Below, piece by piece: positions 50,501 through 62,442 of a stretch of 64,000 nt of DNA. The stretch is taken from NCBI GenBank assembly GCA_973895155.1, contig OZ316893.1:14724645-14788644 (forward strand), in the 5' to 3' direction. The notes under the pieces are model-generated. The model had not been told where the DNA came from, made no database searches, and saw nothing but the letters and a program-made list of their open reading frames with translations. The DNA comes from Marsupella aquatica (lineage: Eukaryota > Plantae > Marchantiophyta). Position numbers and translations under genes: made by a program. The first letter of the stretch is position 1; every line of letters begins with the position of its first letter.

Positions 50501-53224
50501 CATGAGGGAAATTTAACGGCAAACGAGAGCCAAGACTTACGTATGGGCGTCGAGCTCCATATATGTTTTCGCGATCGTCCCAGACTGCAAAGAATCTTAA
50601 GACCTTTCCATCCAATGCATAGAACTGTTTCGCTGCAAAGTCCTTCACTTGAGGTGTGAAGACAGTTTGAAGACTTTTCCTGTAATCAATCAGAGGCTCT
50701 CCGGGATATGCTTCCTCCTTACCCAGATCATAACCGTACTTGAGCAAGTACCTCTGTACAATTATCCAACATAGCCAAAGCCAAATGCTTATCAATGACA
50801 TGGTAATAACAAATATTGAGTGATTGTGTATGCAGAAGGTGGCGTAGTGTTGAGATTGAGGCACGAGGACCTACCTTGGTGAAAGTGTCACACGAAGTGA
50901 TATGGAAACGGTGCCCATATATCAATATGTCCTTTCCGATGACGAAGTCTGGGATACCCAGAACTCCACCTTTTCCATCTGGCACCTTGAGCCTTTTCAG
51001 AAACATCCCCTGGATGCAAATCGGAGGTACAGTTTAGACCTGGTCTCAATCCTTTCAACCTTTCCTCTACTTTCTCGAGTATGTCTTTAGCACTTAAATT
51101 GAAAAGGACATTCGAGAGCATCAAGATCTCTGCAAGCTTGAGCAAAGTGTTCCATGGTTCCTCTTAAAGGTCACTCTAGTGTTAACAATGAATAAAATTC
51201 GATGAAAAATTCATCCACGAAAGATTGGTTGGCTCTGGAGTAGCTGACTTGCGTGCCAGCTACTAAGTCATTCAGTATTCTGGTACTGAATGATCCAAGC
51301 TCAACCATATTTTTCTGAAAATATCAGTTTTGTTGTAAATTCGCGAGCACGTACCTGCATTATCCCGCTGTTGTCTTGTCTCGGTTCCTGTTGATGGTGT
51401 ACAAAATCAAATACAATCCACACAAAGATATCGTCATTATTACTTTCTTATAATTCGATTGTGAAAATCACATGATGAGAGGGCTCACTAAAGTCGCCGC
51501 CTCGTGATTACGACGGGGGATACTTCCTACAGATCGACTCGGAAGAGCAAGCGGATGATTCTCCATTACATGAGAAAATTAAAATTTCAGCTTGTAATAT
51601 TGTAAGATTGTACGGCGAATTTGAGTGTAGAATGCAGTCATCAGCAGATAGAGTTTTTTTGAAGGTGAAAAGAAACGGGATGCATCCTTTGATGATTGTG
51701 CAAACTTCCAAATTGAAGACTGGCTGTTCGAGGGCATTACCCCAACGTGTATAGTGCCGTCTTCGAGGTAGTAGTACAGAACACACTTGCGCACCCGCAT
51801 ATTTTCATCACGGCGTTCAGCTATGCCCTCTTTGAAATAGGCGTAGAATCTTAACACCTAGGGAGTTCTTGCACCCATCCGATTGGGAAAGTTCGTTAGA
51901 TTAGCACTTCTGCAATGAAGGTAACCCCTGGCTATTGTGTGTTTGTTCGTGCTGTGTTGTGATTTCCCTCCCCCACTTCTGGGCCGCTTGATATGTGCAT
52001 TCACTGCTTTTAATTACGGATCATTCACAGCATTTTGGAGAGCATGGAGTGGCACAAATTGAGCAGTTTCACAATTTGACGTCATGCATGCAGCACTTGA
52101 TTGAGGTATGATCATCGATCGAATAAGGCCACAGAAGTAATCAAGCCACCCGTAGTGCAGTAGCTGGCTATTAGAATGATGAACTGTGGAGAGTTTCTAT
52201 TAATTGCGGTGGGTATACCCGTTTGTCCCACTTGAGCCAACCAGGCTGAGGACCGCTTGTTTTGTTGGTGCAGGCGTCGCACGCCCCACTGTCGTCATAG
52301 TTCTCCTGAGTCTGGTTGTATTCAATTTTGGTCGTTCTTCTCGTTGGCGATGTGGAATCTGGATAGCCCGTGTACACATCCAAACTCCGACCACGCGTCT
52401 CCTTGTTTCTGGTGGCCTTCCTGTAATCCAGAGCCCTGACCTCCGGGTACCCATCGTTGAAGGTCAAGTTCTGCGGCTTTCGGCGCGGTTGTTCCTGTTT
52501 CCAGCAAGGTAAGAGAGACCAGCAAACTATGAGATTTTGCTAGGAGCAGAACCCGCTGCTGATTCATATTTTGATGCCTATCGTCGACAATCTTTCATAG
52601 ATCCGCCGACACTGCCGACTTGGAATGACACAATGATCGCCCATTAGTGAAAATTAATTACTTCAATTGAGGAGTCTTCTTTGTCCAAGACCTCTCGGAT
52701 TAAGACTCCGCAACAAAGGTTAAGATTGTGGTCTGTATCCATGAACCGCGTCACGAGAACCGACTTCAATGTTAAGGAAATTTACTTAAGTTCAAAGTCT
52801 GAAAGGCAAAGAAGAATGTGTGGAAAATCTAGAGTACAATCTCCCACATCTAGCGAGGATGGTGCAAGAATACACGACAAAGCTGGACATCTAATGGCCC
52901 CAATGTCATCCAAACGTATATTCTAAATATAATTTCGTGTGCATGTCAAACTACCTCTGGTCTAGGCGATTGCACACTACAATTGCAAACGAGAGGGGAG
53001 TATCGCGTCTGTGGTTTCGTCTAGCAGGATGTCATGCACTATATCGTCCAGAGATTCTCTCTCAAGCTCTGTTTCGATTTTGGAAGATCAAGCTCCATGT
53101 GTAGTGCCATTGACATCGGTTGGAAAGGAGCATGATCTACCTATAGAAGGAGTGAGAGAGGGAGGAAAGAGCAGCAGCAGATCCAGACCGGGGGATGCAC
53201 GAATGTGAAGGCTGGCAGATCCAT
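47558..53224 (-). CDS. EFHC1: EFHC1/RIB72-like axonemal microtubule inner protein with three DM10 domains, ~639 aa; exons 53224-53189, 52494-52219, 51857-51741, 51387-51355, 51009-50875, 50753-50541, 50213-50081, 49761-49574, 49397-49254, 48942-48859, 48665-48396, 48201-48083, 47729-47558
   Basis: DM10 repeats: WLKWDKRVLRFYAYFKE...VRKCVLYYYLEDGTIHVGEPRQDNSGIMQGMFLKR; DGKVLRFFAVWDD...FHYFLGDDTVEIVE...NSGRAPFPMLLRR; VPPHNGWGTEEDS...FYLEDDSLSVYEQPARNSGVVNGRY. All junctions are GT-AG and in phase (1920 nt). The first 12-codon exon (MDLPAFTFVHPP) and the last two exons are less certain. Confidence 0.9.
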
Positions 53225-54059
53225 GCCGCCCGGCCCGCACCGTGAAAACTCCTACGAAGCTCCTACGAAGCTGCCGAAAGTCGAGTGCAAAACTTCAATC
53301 GATCGATCAATCATGAGGATCCTCCTAATATGCCTCCACCTGATAGTTTTAAGATTGAAGATGGAGCACTTTTGGATGGAGACAAGATCAGAGGGGCCCC
53401 AAGCGGAGTTTCAATGTTACTGCATTGGCATTTTGCTTGGTTTGGAGCGCGATGCTTGTCTTCCGTTGAAGTAGCCTAGCCTCGATTGCAGTTACTCTTC
53501 ACATGAAGAAGAGTCGCTGGAGTTATGTTTCATCGTTCGGCTGTACGTTCGTAATTGATTAGGTCAACAACGTTCAAGACTACGAAAACTAACGGGCTGG
53601 ATTAAAACCGGTACTGCACTTTGTCCCTAGAATCAAGCTTCAATTCGATCCACATTTCCACCAATTCAAGGAGGACTTTTGTAAGACTGTAAGCCCAAAT
53701 TCACTCTGTTAGTTGTTAAAATCACCCACACCGTTTCAACCAGAAGCTAAATTTCACGCGTAGTGTGACAAGCCCCGGATGACAGGTGCCAAATAAACCG
53801 CGAATTACCATTTCCTGACATACCCCTTCTTCTGGCTACTACCAATTTTTGAACCTCGAGAATTCACAGGACTGTCACAAAAACGTTTCAGAAGCTGGGC
53901 GACGCAAATTTACTGTCAAATCTGAATCGAATTTCTTCGGATGGTGTCTATTGTGATCACTTTTCAGAGCTGGATGACAATTCGGAGCGACTAGGTCTTA
54001 CTAAATCAATTCAATTTGTTGAGATCTCTTGACGTAGCCTAGTCATGACAGATGCGCTA

Positions 54060-54298
54060 AAGGGAGAGTGTGAACTTTGTCGAGGCAGAGTACGAATTTG
54101 TCGAGCAAGTCGGCCCCAGCCAGCAACATGGCGGAGGCGCTAGCTTACAGGAAAAACTGGAGCTGTTTTACACGGGACACCCCGTGGTGGTCTCTTCCAA
54201 CGCATTTTTTGCATGCACCTGCACCGACGATTACAGGGATAAGACGTGGAAGCTGGCAAAGTTTGCTACACCTCGCAACGCGATCCTGATCTCGTCAG
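54060..54298 (+). pseudogene. Decayed duplicate of the TBL3 5' leader and exon 1
   Basis: CCAGCCAGCAACATGGCGGAGGCGCTAGCTTACAGGAAAAA-CTGGAGCTGTTTTACACGGGACACCCCGTGGT matches ~38884-38975 (MAEALAYRKN / LELFYTGHPVVVSSNAFFACTCTDD). It has a ~19-nt frameshifting deletion and other indels. Similarity ends near 54298. Confidence 0.9.
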
Positions 54299-55853
54299 CA
54301 CTGGGAGTAACTAACCCTCACCTGGCTTTCGTTCTTTAGCTGCATCGACCACTCTTTCCAATCGATGGAGAGAATTGTTGAGCTGGGGTGGCAGAGACAG
54401 CCAGAGACTCCCAAATTTGGGGGAAGCCTGAATTACAAATTTCGATTATCGGGGAGTTTCTCGTGATACCATCCATGGTCAGTTGTGTCAGCTCGTGCAA
54501 TGTCCTTGGATTCTTAACATTGACGAGGGCCTGAACCGGTTTCGTATGAGCCAATGGAGTGGAGTGGACTTGTTGTCGCCTGCGATTGAGCACTCTCGCA
54601 ACCGCATCGTGTGCGGGAAGCTTCCGTCAGTTGTCACCGCCGTTCGCAACAGCCCGATTAAAGCTCCAGTATTTTAGTTAATGTCCCTCGGTCTCTCCGC
54701 TCACTCGTGATGTGCGCGCAAGGTCGAAATTCCGATACAACTATTGCCCTACTTAATAATTCTCTAACACCACGGCCGACGATTCAAACCACGAACCGAG
54801 AGACGAGAGCAGTATTTATTTTGAGGAAATTTCTCTAATTCTCTCCTCTCACTCATGAGATGCACGCAACTTGGTTGAGTACCTACTTTCCAGTCTCCTC
54901 CCCTTGTGCGCAACATCTTACTTTTCTGTCATTTTCCAACTAGTCATAGCACCCGTGGCGGACGATTCGGCTCACGAACCGACTGCAACACATCCGACGT
55001 CATTTAACCAAGCACCCGTCTTCTTGACAGTCTGTTTAGGAGAGCTTAATACTCAGTCCCTAGATCCTGTTTTTCTGCCACTTATTGCTTTTCTTTTGAC
55101 TTGGTTAATAAGTCACCTCCAACCTCCTGCTTTTCTCCGCCTTCTTCCAAAAGTCACCGCACGGCGCACGATTCAGCCGGAACTTTGGATATAATTATTA
55201 TTACTATAAGAATGCTTGAGCGCAGTGGTGGAACTTCTCCAGCACCTTCCTTCGTGACCACGAAGTCATACGGGATTGAGGATGGTCCTCGAGAAGAGTA
55301 GCACGCAAGAAGCTCGTAGCTTTCTTTCCACCGATACGTGTTTTCCGTGGGTGAGATCGATCGAGTAAAGACCGGGCAGGACTGCACGATTGCCTCCTTT
55401 CAGCAGAGGGTGGCAAGCGGGTCGTTCAGTCGCGGTCGTCGTTCTCACTGAGCCATCTTGCGGTCAGTCAGAGTGAGAAGAGGAGAGGACTGCGATTTCT
55501 CTTTGCGATTGTTGTAGTAATAGTGCCGTTGCTTCGAGGGAATGAGGACATGACTTACGCGGTTGAATATTCGTGGAAACTGGAGCGATCTTCAATGGTT
55601 TTAATGTGGGAAGAGGGACTGATTGGAAGGCAAGGCGGTCAAGGGAGAAAGGACGACAAGGTTTCGGAAACGGGATAGTTCCAGAGTTCGAAGTTTGTTT
55701 GGAGGACTACTCGCTGTTGGTTCGTAACGATCGATCAAGCGAGTAGTTCGAGGGCTGGTTTCGTTTGGATTCGTGCGTTGTGCGGCAGGCTAGGCATACT
55801 CCTGGCTGCCGAATTAAGGAGATTCCGCGCGGGCTGCTGAAGAAGGCGGAAAA

Positions 55854-56798
55854 ATGGTTCAAATGACAGAGTTCCGGGTGGTGATGCCTCTGTCACTTGA
55901 AGAGTACAGGGTAGCGCAGATGTACATGGTGACGAGAATGCAAGAGCAGCAAACGTCCGGCGCTGAAGGCGTCGAGGTTCTAGTGAACGAGCCATTCGAA
56001 AATGAGCAGTTCGGGAAGGGCCAATACACTTCGAAGATCTACCGTATGCAGAGCAAGGCTCCATCGTGGCTAGCAGCCATCGCTCCGACGAACTCATTGC
56101 TGATCGAAGAGGAGGCCTGGAACGCATATCCAAAATGTAAAACGATTCTCAAGTGTCCCTACTTCCCTAGATTCAAGCTCACAGTAGAAACTATGCACGT
56201 AACTGACAACGGGCAGTCGCCAAATGCACACAATTTACCGAGCAGTGCGCTCACCAGCAGGACGGTGGAAACGATCGACATTGCCGCGTACGCGCAAGAT
56301 TATTGGAGCTACGTGATCGCCGGCGATGCTGTGGATCTCGCAACTTTCCAATCCGCGAAAACGGGCCGAGGACCGCTCGTTCCTGGATGGCAACAGAGCT
56401 GCAGACCAGTGATGACTGCCTACAAGCTCGTCACAGTGGATGCACCATACTGGGGATTTGGATACAGATTGGAGCAGCTCGTGTTGGGGGGAGAGAGAGC
56501 TCTCTTTGCGGAGAGCCACAGGCAATGCTTCGCGTGGATCGACGAGTGGTTCGGACTGACATTCGATGATGTGAGGAAATTAGAGCTGGAGATGGACGAA
56601 ACCCTCAAATTGACGATGGCTCAGAATCAAGGGATCGTGCAACCGAAAGAGGAGGGCAAGAGGAATGGAGGAAATGGCGATGGTGAAATTGAGGACGAGC
56701 TACAGGTGGACTCGCAACAGAATTTCTCACAAGGTAGATTAGGAGTAGAGAGTGGAGTGGATAGGAATTTCTCAAAGAGTGTGTTGGTGACGATGTAA
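55854..56798 (+). CDS. Class I phosphatidylinositol transfer protein (IP_trans/START-like fold), 314 aa, intronless
   Basis: Motifs EFRVVMPLSLEEYRVAQMY, EGVEVLVNEPF, KGQYTSKIY, EEAWNAYP, SAKTGRGPL, PVMTAYKLV and SHRQCFAWIDEWFGLTFDDVRKLE are hallmarks of the PITP-alpha/beta/RdgB family. It is a single uninterrupted ORF. Confidence 0.93.
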   Translation: MVQMTEFRVVMPLSLEEYRVAQMYMVTRMQEQQTSGAEGVEVLVNEPFENEQFGKGQYTSKIYRMQSKAPSWLAAIAPTNSLLIEEEAWNAYPKCKTILKCPYFPRFKLTVETMHVTDNGQSPNAHNLPSSALTSRTVETIDIAAYAQDYWSYVIAGDAVDLATFQSAKTGRGPLVPGWQQSCRPVMTAYKLVTVDAPYWGFGYRLEQLVLGGERALFAESHRQCFAWIDEWFGLTFDDVRKLELEMDETLKLTMAQNQGIVQPKEEGKRNGGNGDGEIEDELQVDSQQNFSQGRLGVESGVDRNFSKSVLVTM

Positions 56799-58619
56799 TT
56801 CCCTGTATTGGAAAATGTCTCACATTCTGCTCTTTGCATTGTACAAATTTATTATGGACCTTTTGCGTTGACACAATCAATGCTCTGCCGTCCGAATTGT
56901 TCCATAAAATTATTAGTATTAGTTTCCTAGGAGCCATGTGTCACATTCTCATTGCTGACTTTGTTCATGAAGATTCTCTCCCTCCACTTGCTTGTTTGTG
57001 ATTGGTGCCCTCCTGTTAGTGTTGCTTTAAATTGAAGGGGAGAATTACCAGAATGTTTTATCCCCTAATTAAGGCACCCATGTTCACAGAGAACTTCAAT
57101 CAGGGGGGCTTCACTTAATTATGAATGCACAGGAAAAACGTCTAGAAGTTGTAAATCAAATTGGTTGCAGCCATGACATTAATCTTATTGAGATTCCATC
57201 CCAGTTGCCAACTAAAGTGTAATAGAGCAGTTTGGGACAACCTTTGCTTTGTGCACAACAGGATTACTTTATTGAGAGACCCCATAGAGAGAGAGGTTTG
57301 TTCGGGAGACTTGGATGGACAACCTATGTGTCTGTCCAAGCTTATCCGGGAAAATGTCTAAACCATAATTATGTTGCCACCACAGGCTTGTAAAAGTCCC
57401 TCTTAACTATGGTAGATAGGGACCCATATATTTGGAAACTAATATTGAGGCTTCCAGAGAACACTATTATATAATTGTTTTTGTTTAAGGAAACTACCAT
57501 AATTGTATTTTTCTGGTTCTAACATTGTTCATAAACTGAATGAACTCCTGTTCTAACTTTGCTCAGAGAATAGAGTTAATTGTCACAAAAGTGTGTGAAA
57601 TGGAGTGTCACAAGTGTATCAGGTACCCCTCACAAATATCAGGTATCAGTCAAAGATTTCAGTGATTACAAATAAGATTGGAAGTGACTCAGCGAGGTCG
57701 TCGAGTTGTGGACTTAGTCGGCCAGGGTCGCTGAAGGGACTCGACGAGGGCCACCAAAGGAACTTAGCAAGGCTGCTGAAGGGATGTTTACGCTTGGTGA
57801 GGACACTGAACTCAACTGCTATCAGTGACTGATTACTGATATGGTTTACAACTTCTGTAAAATGAAGGGTGATCATCCTTGTTAACCCCAATGTTGTAAG
57901 TTAGCACCAAGACTCATGAAACTCTGGTTTAGGTTGTGAGGCAATGCTGTGAGCTCAAATTTGTCTCATTCTTTTGTCTCATTATACTCGAGCGAAACTG
58001 AGCCTAGGTTCATTTGAGGGCCAAAAAACAAAGGACCCTGCACATGCAAGAGAGCCCTTAGAGCCGAACATATCCCTAAGCCCTTCTGGCAGTTTCAGCC
58101 CCTTTTTGAATCCCCGTTTGAATGCTGAGTAGTTCATTCAATAGAGAGCTAGAGGAAGCTCAACTCACCCTAGAATCTGTTGAAATTTTGTCCTCAAATG
58201 ACACCCATGTGACTTCTTGTATTATTCTCCCTTAGATCTTGCTGATCAACCCATTGGCTTTCTTAGTTTAGAAAAACTAATATTAACTAGCCAGTTACCT
58301 AGTTTAGTGGTTCTGTGGATCATTCGTATACTTTTGTTGTGAATCAGATTGAGTCACATCATGGCTTAGCCGTTATGGTGTTCAGGCCGACCCTGAGCCC
58401 TTTTGTATTTAACATCTCCCTGATGGTTTGAGCCTAGAAATGGTGAGACTTCAAACCATTTCTAGGCTTAGGATTTTACTAATTATGATGATGGAAACAT
58501 TTGCTCTAGTTGTCCATTGGTCCACCGTATGATTAATTGTTTTAGGCCAATCTCTCACATGGACGTCATAATTACAACATTTCTTATTGGAACACACAAG
58601 GAGCTAATTTTTATGTGAT

Positions 58620-58740
58620 ATATCCTAATCTTGATTTTCCAACAACAAGGTGATCAGTCCTTATCCTCTTGTTTGTTGACTATCTCCTCATCACAGGCAG
58701 CAGTGCCTCATTTATCTTTGTCATCAAAACTCAACTTCAA
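58620..58740 (+). mobile_element. Degenerate Ty1/Copia reverse-transcriptase fragment
   Basis: It reads ..YPNLDF../ILLFVDYLLITGSSASFIFVIKTQLQ, resembling the Copia RT core consensus DPNLY...LLLYVDDLLITGS....I..IK..L. Confidence 0.6.
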
Positions 58741-61430
58741 GACCAAGACATATTTGCGTGGAGCCACCAAGATTTGAAGGGAGTGCCACCTGAGTTTGGT
58801 GAGCACAGCATTGACTTGATGTCAGGAGCACGGCCTGTGAGGCAACGCCAATACCGTCTCAACCCCAAGTACTCACTCATGGTGAAGGAGGAGATTGACC
58901 GGTTGTTGGATGCAGGATTCATTTATCCGGTCATGCATAGTGAATGGGTATCACCCATCGTGATTGTGCCCAAGAAGAAGGGGCCAGACGGTAAGGTGAA
59001 GATACGGGTGTGCCAAGATTTCCGGAAGCTGAATGACGCCACCAAGAAGGATCACTACTTGCTGCCGTTTACTGACATTGTGTTAGATATGGTGGCCGGT
59101 TGGGAGATTTACAGCTTCCTAGATGGTTACTCTGGGTACAATCAAATCTGGATACGGGAGGAGGATCAACTCAAGACGGCGTTCACTACGGAGTGGGGGA
59201 TTTTTGCATTCCAAAGAATGTCTTTTGGGTTGTGCAATGCCCCTGGCATGTTTCAACGACTCATGATGAATATATTTCATGGCTTTTTACGGAGGTTCTT
59301 GGAGATCTTTATTGATGACTTTGCTGTTTACGGAAAATGAATCAAGCACCCTAAACACTTACGGTTGACTTTTCAGCGGTGCTGAGAGACTTGCTTAAAG
59401 CTACATCCGGAGAAATGTTTCTTTGGAATTGAGGAGGGGACATTATTGGGCCACAAGGTGTCTGCTCGAGGAATAGAGATGGATCGTGAGAAGGTAGCCG
59501 TATGGGTAGCAGTCTCATTTCCCAAGAACGTGAAGGAAGTGAGAGGGTTCTTGGGGTGCGTTGGCTACTACCACCGCTTCATCAAGGACTTTGCCAAGGT
59601 AGCCATGCCACTCACATCCATGTTGAAGAAGGGAAGTGAATTTGAACCTACTCCTTCCCGTCAAGCTGCTTTTGATGAACTAAAGAAATGTTTGCTAGAG
59701 GCTCCCATACTCATCACGCCTAATTGGAATAAGGAGTTCCACGTTTACGTAGACGTATCAGGATTTTGCATCGGTGCCGTCTTGAGTCAGTTGGATGAGG
59801 ATGGGAGGGATCATCCCATCTACTTTGCCAGTAGGCAGTTGGCCCCGGCAAAGAAGAACTACTCACCCACCAATAGGGAGGCTCTTGGTATCATTTACGC
59901 TTGTAAGAAGTATCATCATTATTTGTTGGGTTACAAGGTTGTGTTCCACACGGATCACAATAGTTTGAAGTACATGGTCAACAAGCCAGACTTGTCAGAG
60001 AGAATTGCACGTTGGGTCCTATTATTGCAGGAGTTCAACTATGAGGTGAGAGTGAGATCCGGGAAGAGTCACAACAATGCGGACTTCTTCTCTCGTATTG
60101 AGGGAGCATCTGACACTCAAGAGATTGATGATCATTTTCCCAATGAAGAAGTCTTCAGGGTGACTACGGAGGCCACTACTTGGTATGGAGAAATTTTTGA
60201 ATTTCTCCGTACAGCCAAGGTTCCATTATGATTGGGTCCGGAACGTGCAGCAGTGTTTTTACATAAGACGGGTCCCTACTTGCTTGTGAAAGGAGTACTA
60301 CACAAGTACGGCATGGATGGCCGTCTTCGTCGTTGTTTGGAGGAAGCTGAGATACGTACCGTCATGGCAGCACTACATGAGGAGGAAGCAGGAGGTCACT
60401 TTGCTCGGGAGACAACTGCTCGAAAGATACTGGATGCGGGATATTGGTGGCCAACTCTTTTTCGGGATGTGCAATGGTACATCCAGAGATGTGACCCCTG
60501 CCAACACCAAGGGAAACCTGGCCCCTCCTCACGACATCCATTGGTGCCAATCCTCCCTCTTGCCCCATTTGAGAAGTGGGGAGTGGACTTCATTGGTCCG
60601 TTCACTCCCATCACACGGAGGGGAAGGAAGCGGTATATCATCCTAGCTACGGACTATGCCACCAAGTGGGTGGAGGCCCGAGCAACTGCAAAAGATGATG
60701 CCAACACCACGGCACGGTTTTTGTATGAGCTGATTTTTACACGGTTCGGCCCACCCTTGGAGTTGGTAAGTGACAGGGGTACTTATTTTCTCAATCATAC
60801 AATCGAGCGTCTAACGGAGAACTACTTGGTCTCCCATAGGAAGACCACCCCGTCCCTTCCACGAGCCAACGGGCTCATTGAGAGAGAAAACGGGATCATG
60901 GGCAAGATTCTCAACAAGACGGTGTCAGCTCACAAGATAGATTGGGATTTGAAGTTGCTGGCTGCCACTTACGCCTACAACCTGGCTCACAAGACCACCA
61001 CTGGCCACAGCCCCTACTTCCTTGTGTTTGGTCAACATTCTCTTGTGCCGATGGAATTGAGGTGCCCACCATTCGAATCTTGACACGGGAAAGGGAAGGG
61101 GAAGAAAGTAGTGTAGCTGCACGGATCCAACAGTTGAAGCAACTTACGGAGGTAAGAGAGGAGGCTTTGACACGCACGGAGCAACAACAAGGCAAACAAA
61201 AGTTGCACTACGATTCCCGGCTCCGCCGTGTGTCCATTGAAGAGGGGGATTTGGTGCTCCTCTACGATAGTCGTTTCATGCATTTCCCCGAGAAGTTACA
61301 TACACGTTGGATGGGGCCCTACGTTGTCGATACGGTCTACTCCAATGGGTCGGTTCAACTCAGGACGCTGGAAGGACACCTACTCAACACACGGATCAAT
61401 CAAGAACGCCTAAAGAAGTACTACACAGAG
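58741..61430 (+). mobile_element. 5'-truncated Ty3/Gypsy pol (RT-RNaseH-integrase), non-chromovirus Athila/Tat-like, pseudogenised
   Basis: RT motifs WVSPIVIVPKK, RVCQDFRKLN, FLDGYSGYNQI, FGLCNAP and FIDDF. RNaseH motifs YVDVS and FHTDHNSL. Integrase motifs GGHF...RCDPCQ, WGVDFIGP and VSDRGTYF, plus GPY. In-frame stops at 59338, 59383 and 60229, and a frameshift near 61060-61080. No gag or protease is present. Confidence 0.95.
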
Positions 61431-61465
61431 GAGGAGTATGGTGCTCGCGGGGGCGCTTCGCAACT

Positions 61466-62098
61466 AAGAGGGGAGCTATGTGAAAGGACCCAAACCCGGT
61501 AGTAACTTAGTGATGACTTATAATTGCGTATATAAGTAGAAAGACAAGTAGGTGTAGTAAAAGTGTTTGGATTTTCAATTTTTTTATTTTTGTTAGTTCT
61601 AATAAATGGATGCGACAACCGGAGGCCGGAGTTGAGAGGGGTGTCGGGCGGTGATGTATGACAAGGGAACCATTGAGGGGGTACAAGGAGGCCACAAGGC
61701 AACCCAAGGACTTGGAGCCAAGGTGTGGGCATCTTGGAGGGGTGGGGGCTGGTCGGAGGCTCCACATAAGGCGCAAAATGGGAAGAATGACCAAAATATA
61801 GAAAATGGTGAAACTTAAAACAGACGTTGCTGCAGTAGTACTATTCCAAACATGGTCATGTTTGGATTCATTTTGAAGCCCTCAATGAGCCCCATGCAAA
61901 ACTGAGGTTCTCTAGTTGATTTTAGGTCTATATCAAACAGTGACATCTCGAGGGACCTCAACGCCCGTAAAACAACAAACTAGGCAATCTTGGAGTAGTG
62001 ATGGTGGGAGGGCGAAGGGGTTCTCACACTTGTGTTCCCTTTCACCCTTTGTGTGGTCCTCACATGGTTTTTGTTCTCTTTCCCTTCCCCACTCCGTA
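61466..62098 (+). mobile_element. Gypsy polypurine tract and start of the 3' LTR, interrupted by the Copia insertion
   Basis: A purine tract AAGAGGGGAG (61467-61475) follows integrase and precedes TG at 61479. The right boundary is set by the Copia LTR end. Confidence 0.55.
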
Positions 62099-62442
62099 TG
62101 TTGAGCATAGACGACATTCGTAACAACAAGCCCATGAACCATCCAACGCACAATAGTCGACACAGAGTGATACGTGGTTCACCTCCACATGAGGCTACGT
62201 CCACGGGAACACACAAGAGCTTTACTGCACTCTAGGCCGACCGGCCATACCAAGCATCCACAGCACAAGCTCTCCCTATCTCTCAACTAGCTCCGTAACA
62301 ATGAGCCTAAGTTCCACCAGGGTCTGGCATCAGCCCTGGCTATATACACAACAACACTACCGCTAACATTAGCTAAGTCCTAACCCGAGTTAGACTAACT
62401 GTGGTTAGCTCATGAGTCACAAGACTAGAGCAATATCTAACA
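62099..62442 (-). mobile_element. 3' LTR (344 bp) of a Ty1/Copia element
   Basis: On the minus strand the PPT AAGGGGGAG plus TT (62453-62443) leads into TGTTAGA...GCTCAACA. A TATATA motif lies at ~62341-62346 and GAACCACGTA at ~62170-62180. Confidence 0.8.

Noticed and set aside
4359-56798. NPC and PITP as a phospholipid-signalling gene cluster
   Set aside because: They are ~49 kb apart and separated by five unrelated genes, so co-location is likely coincidental.
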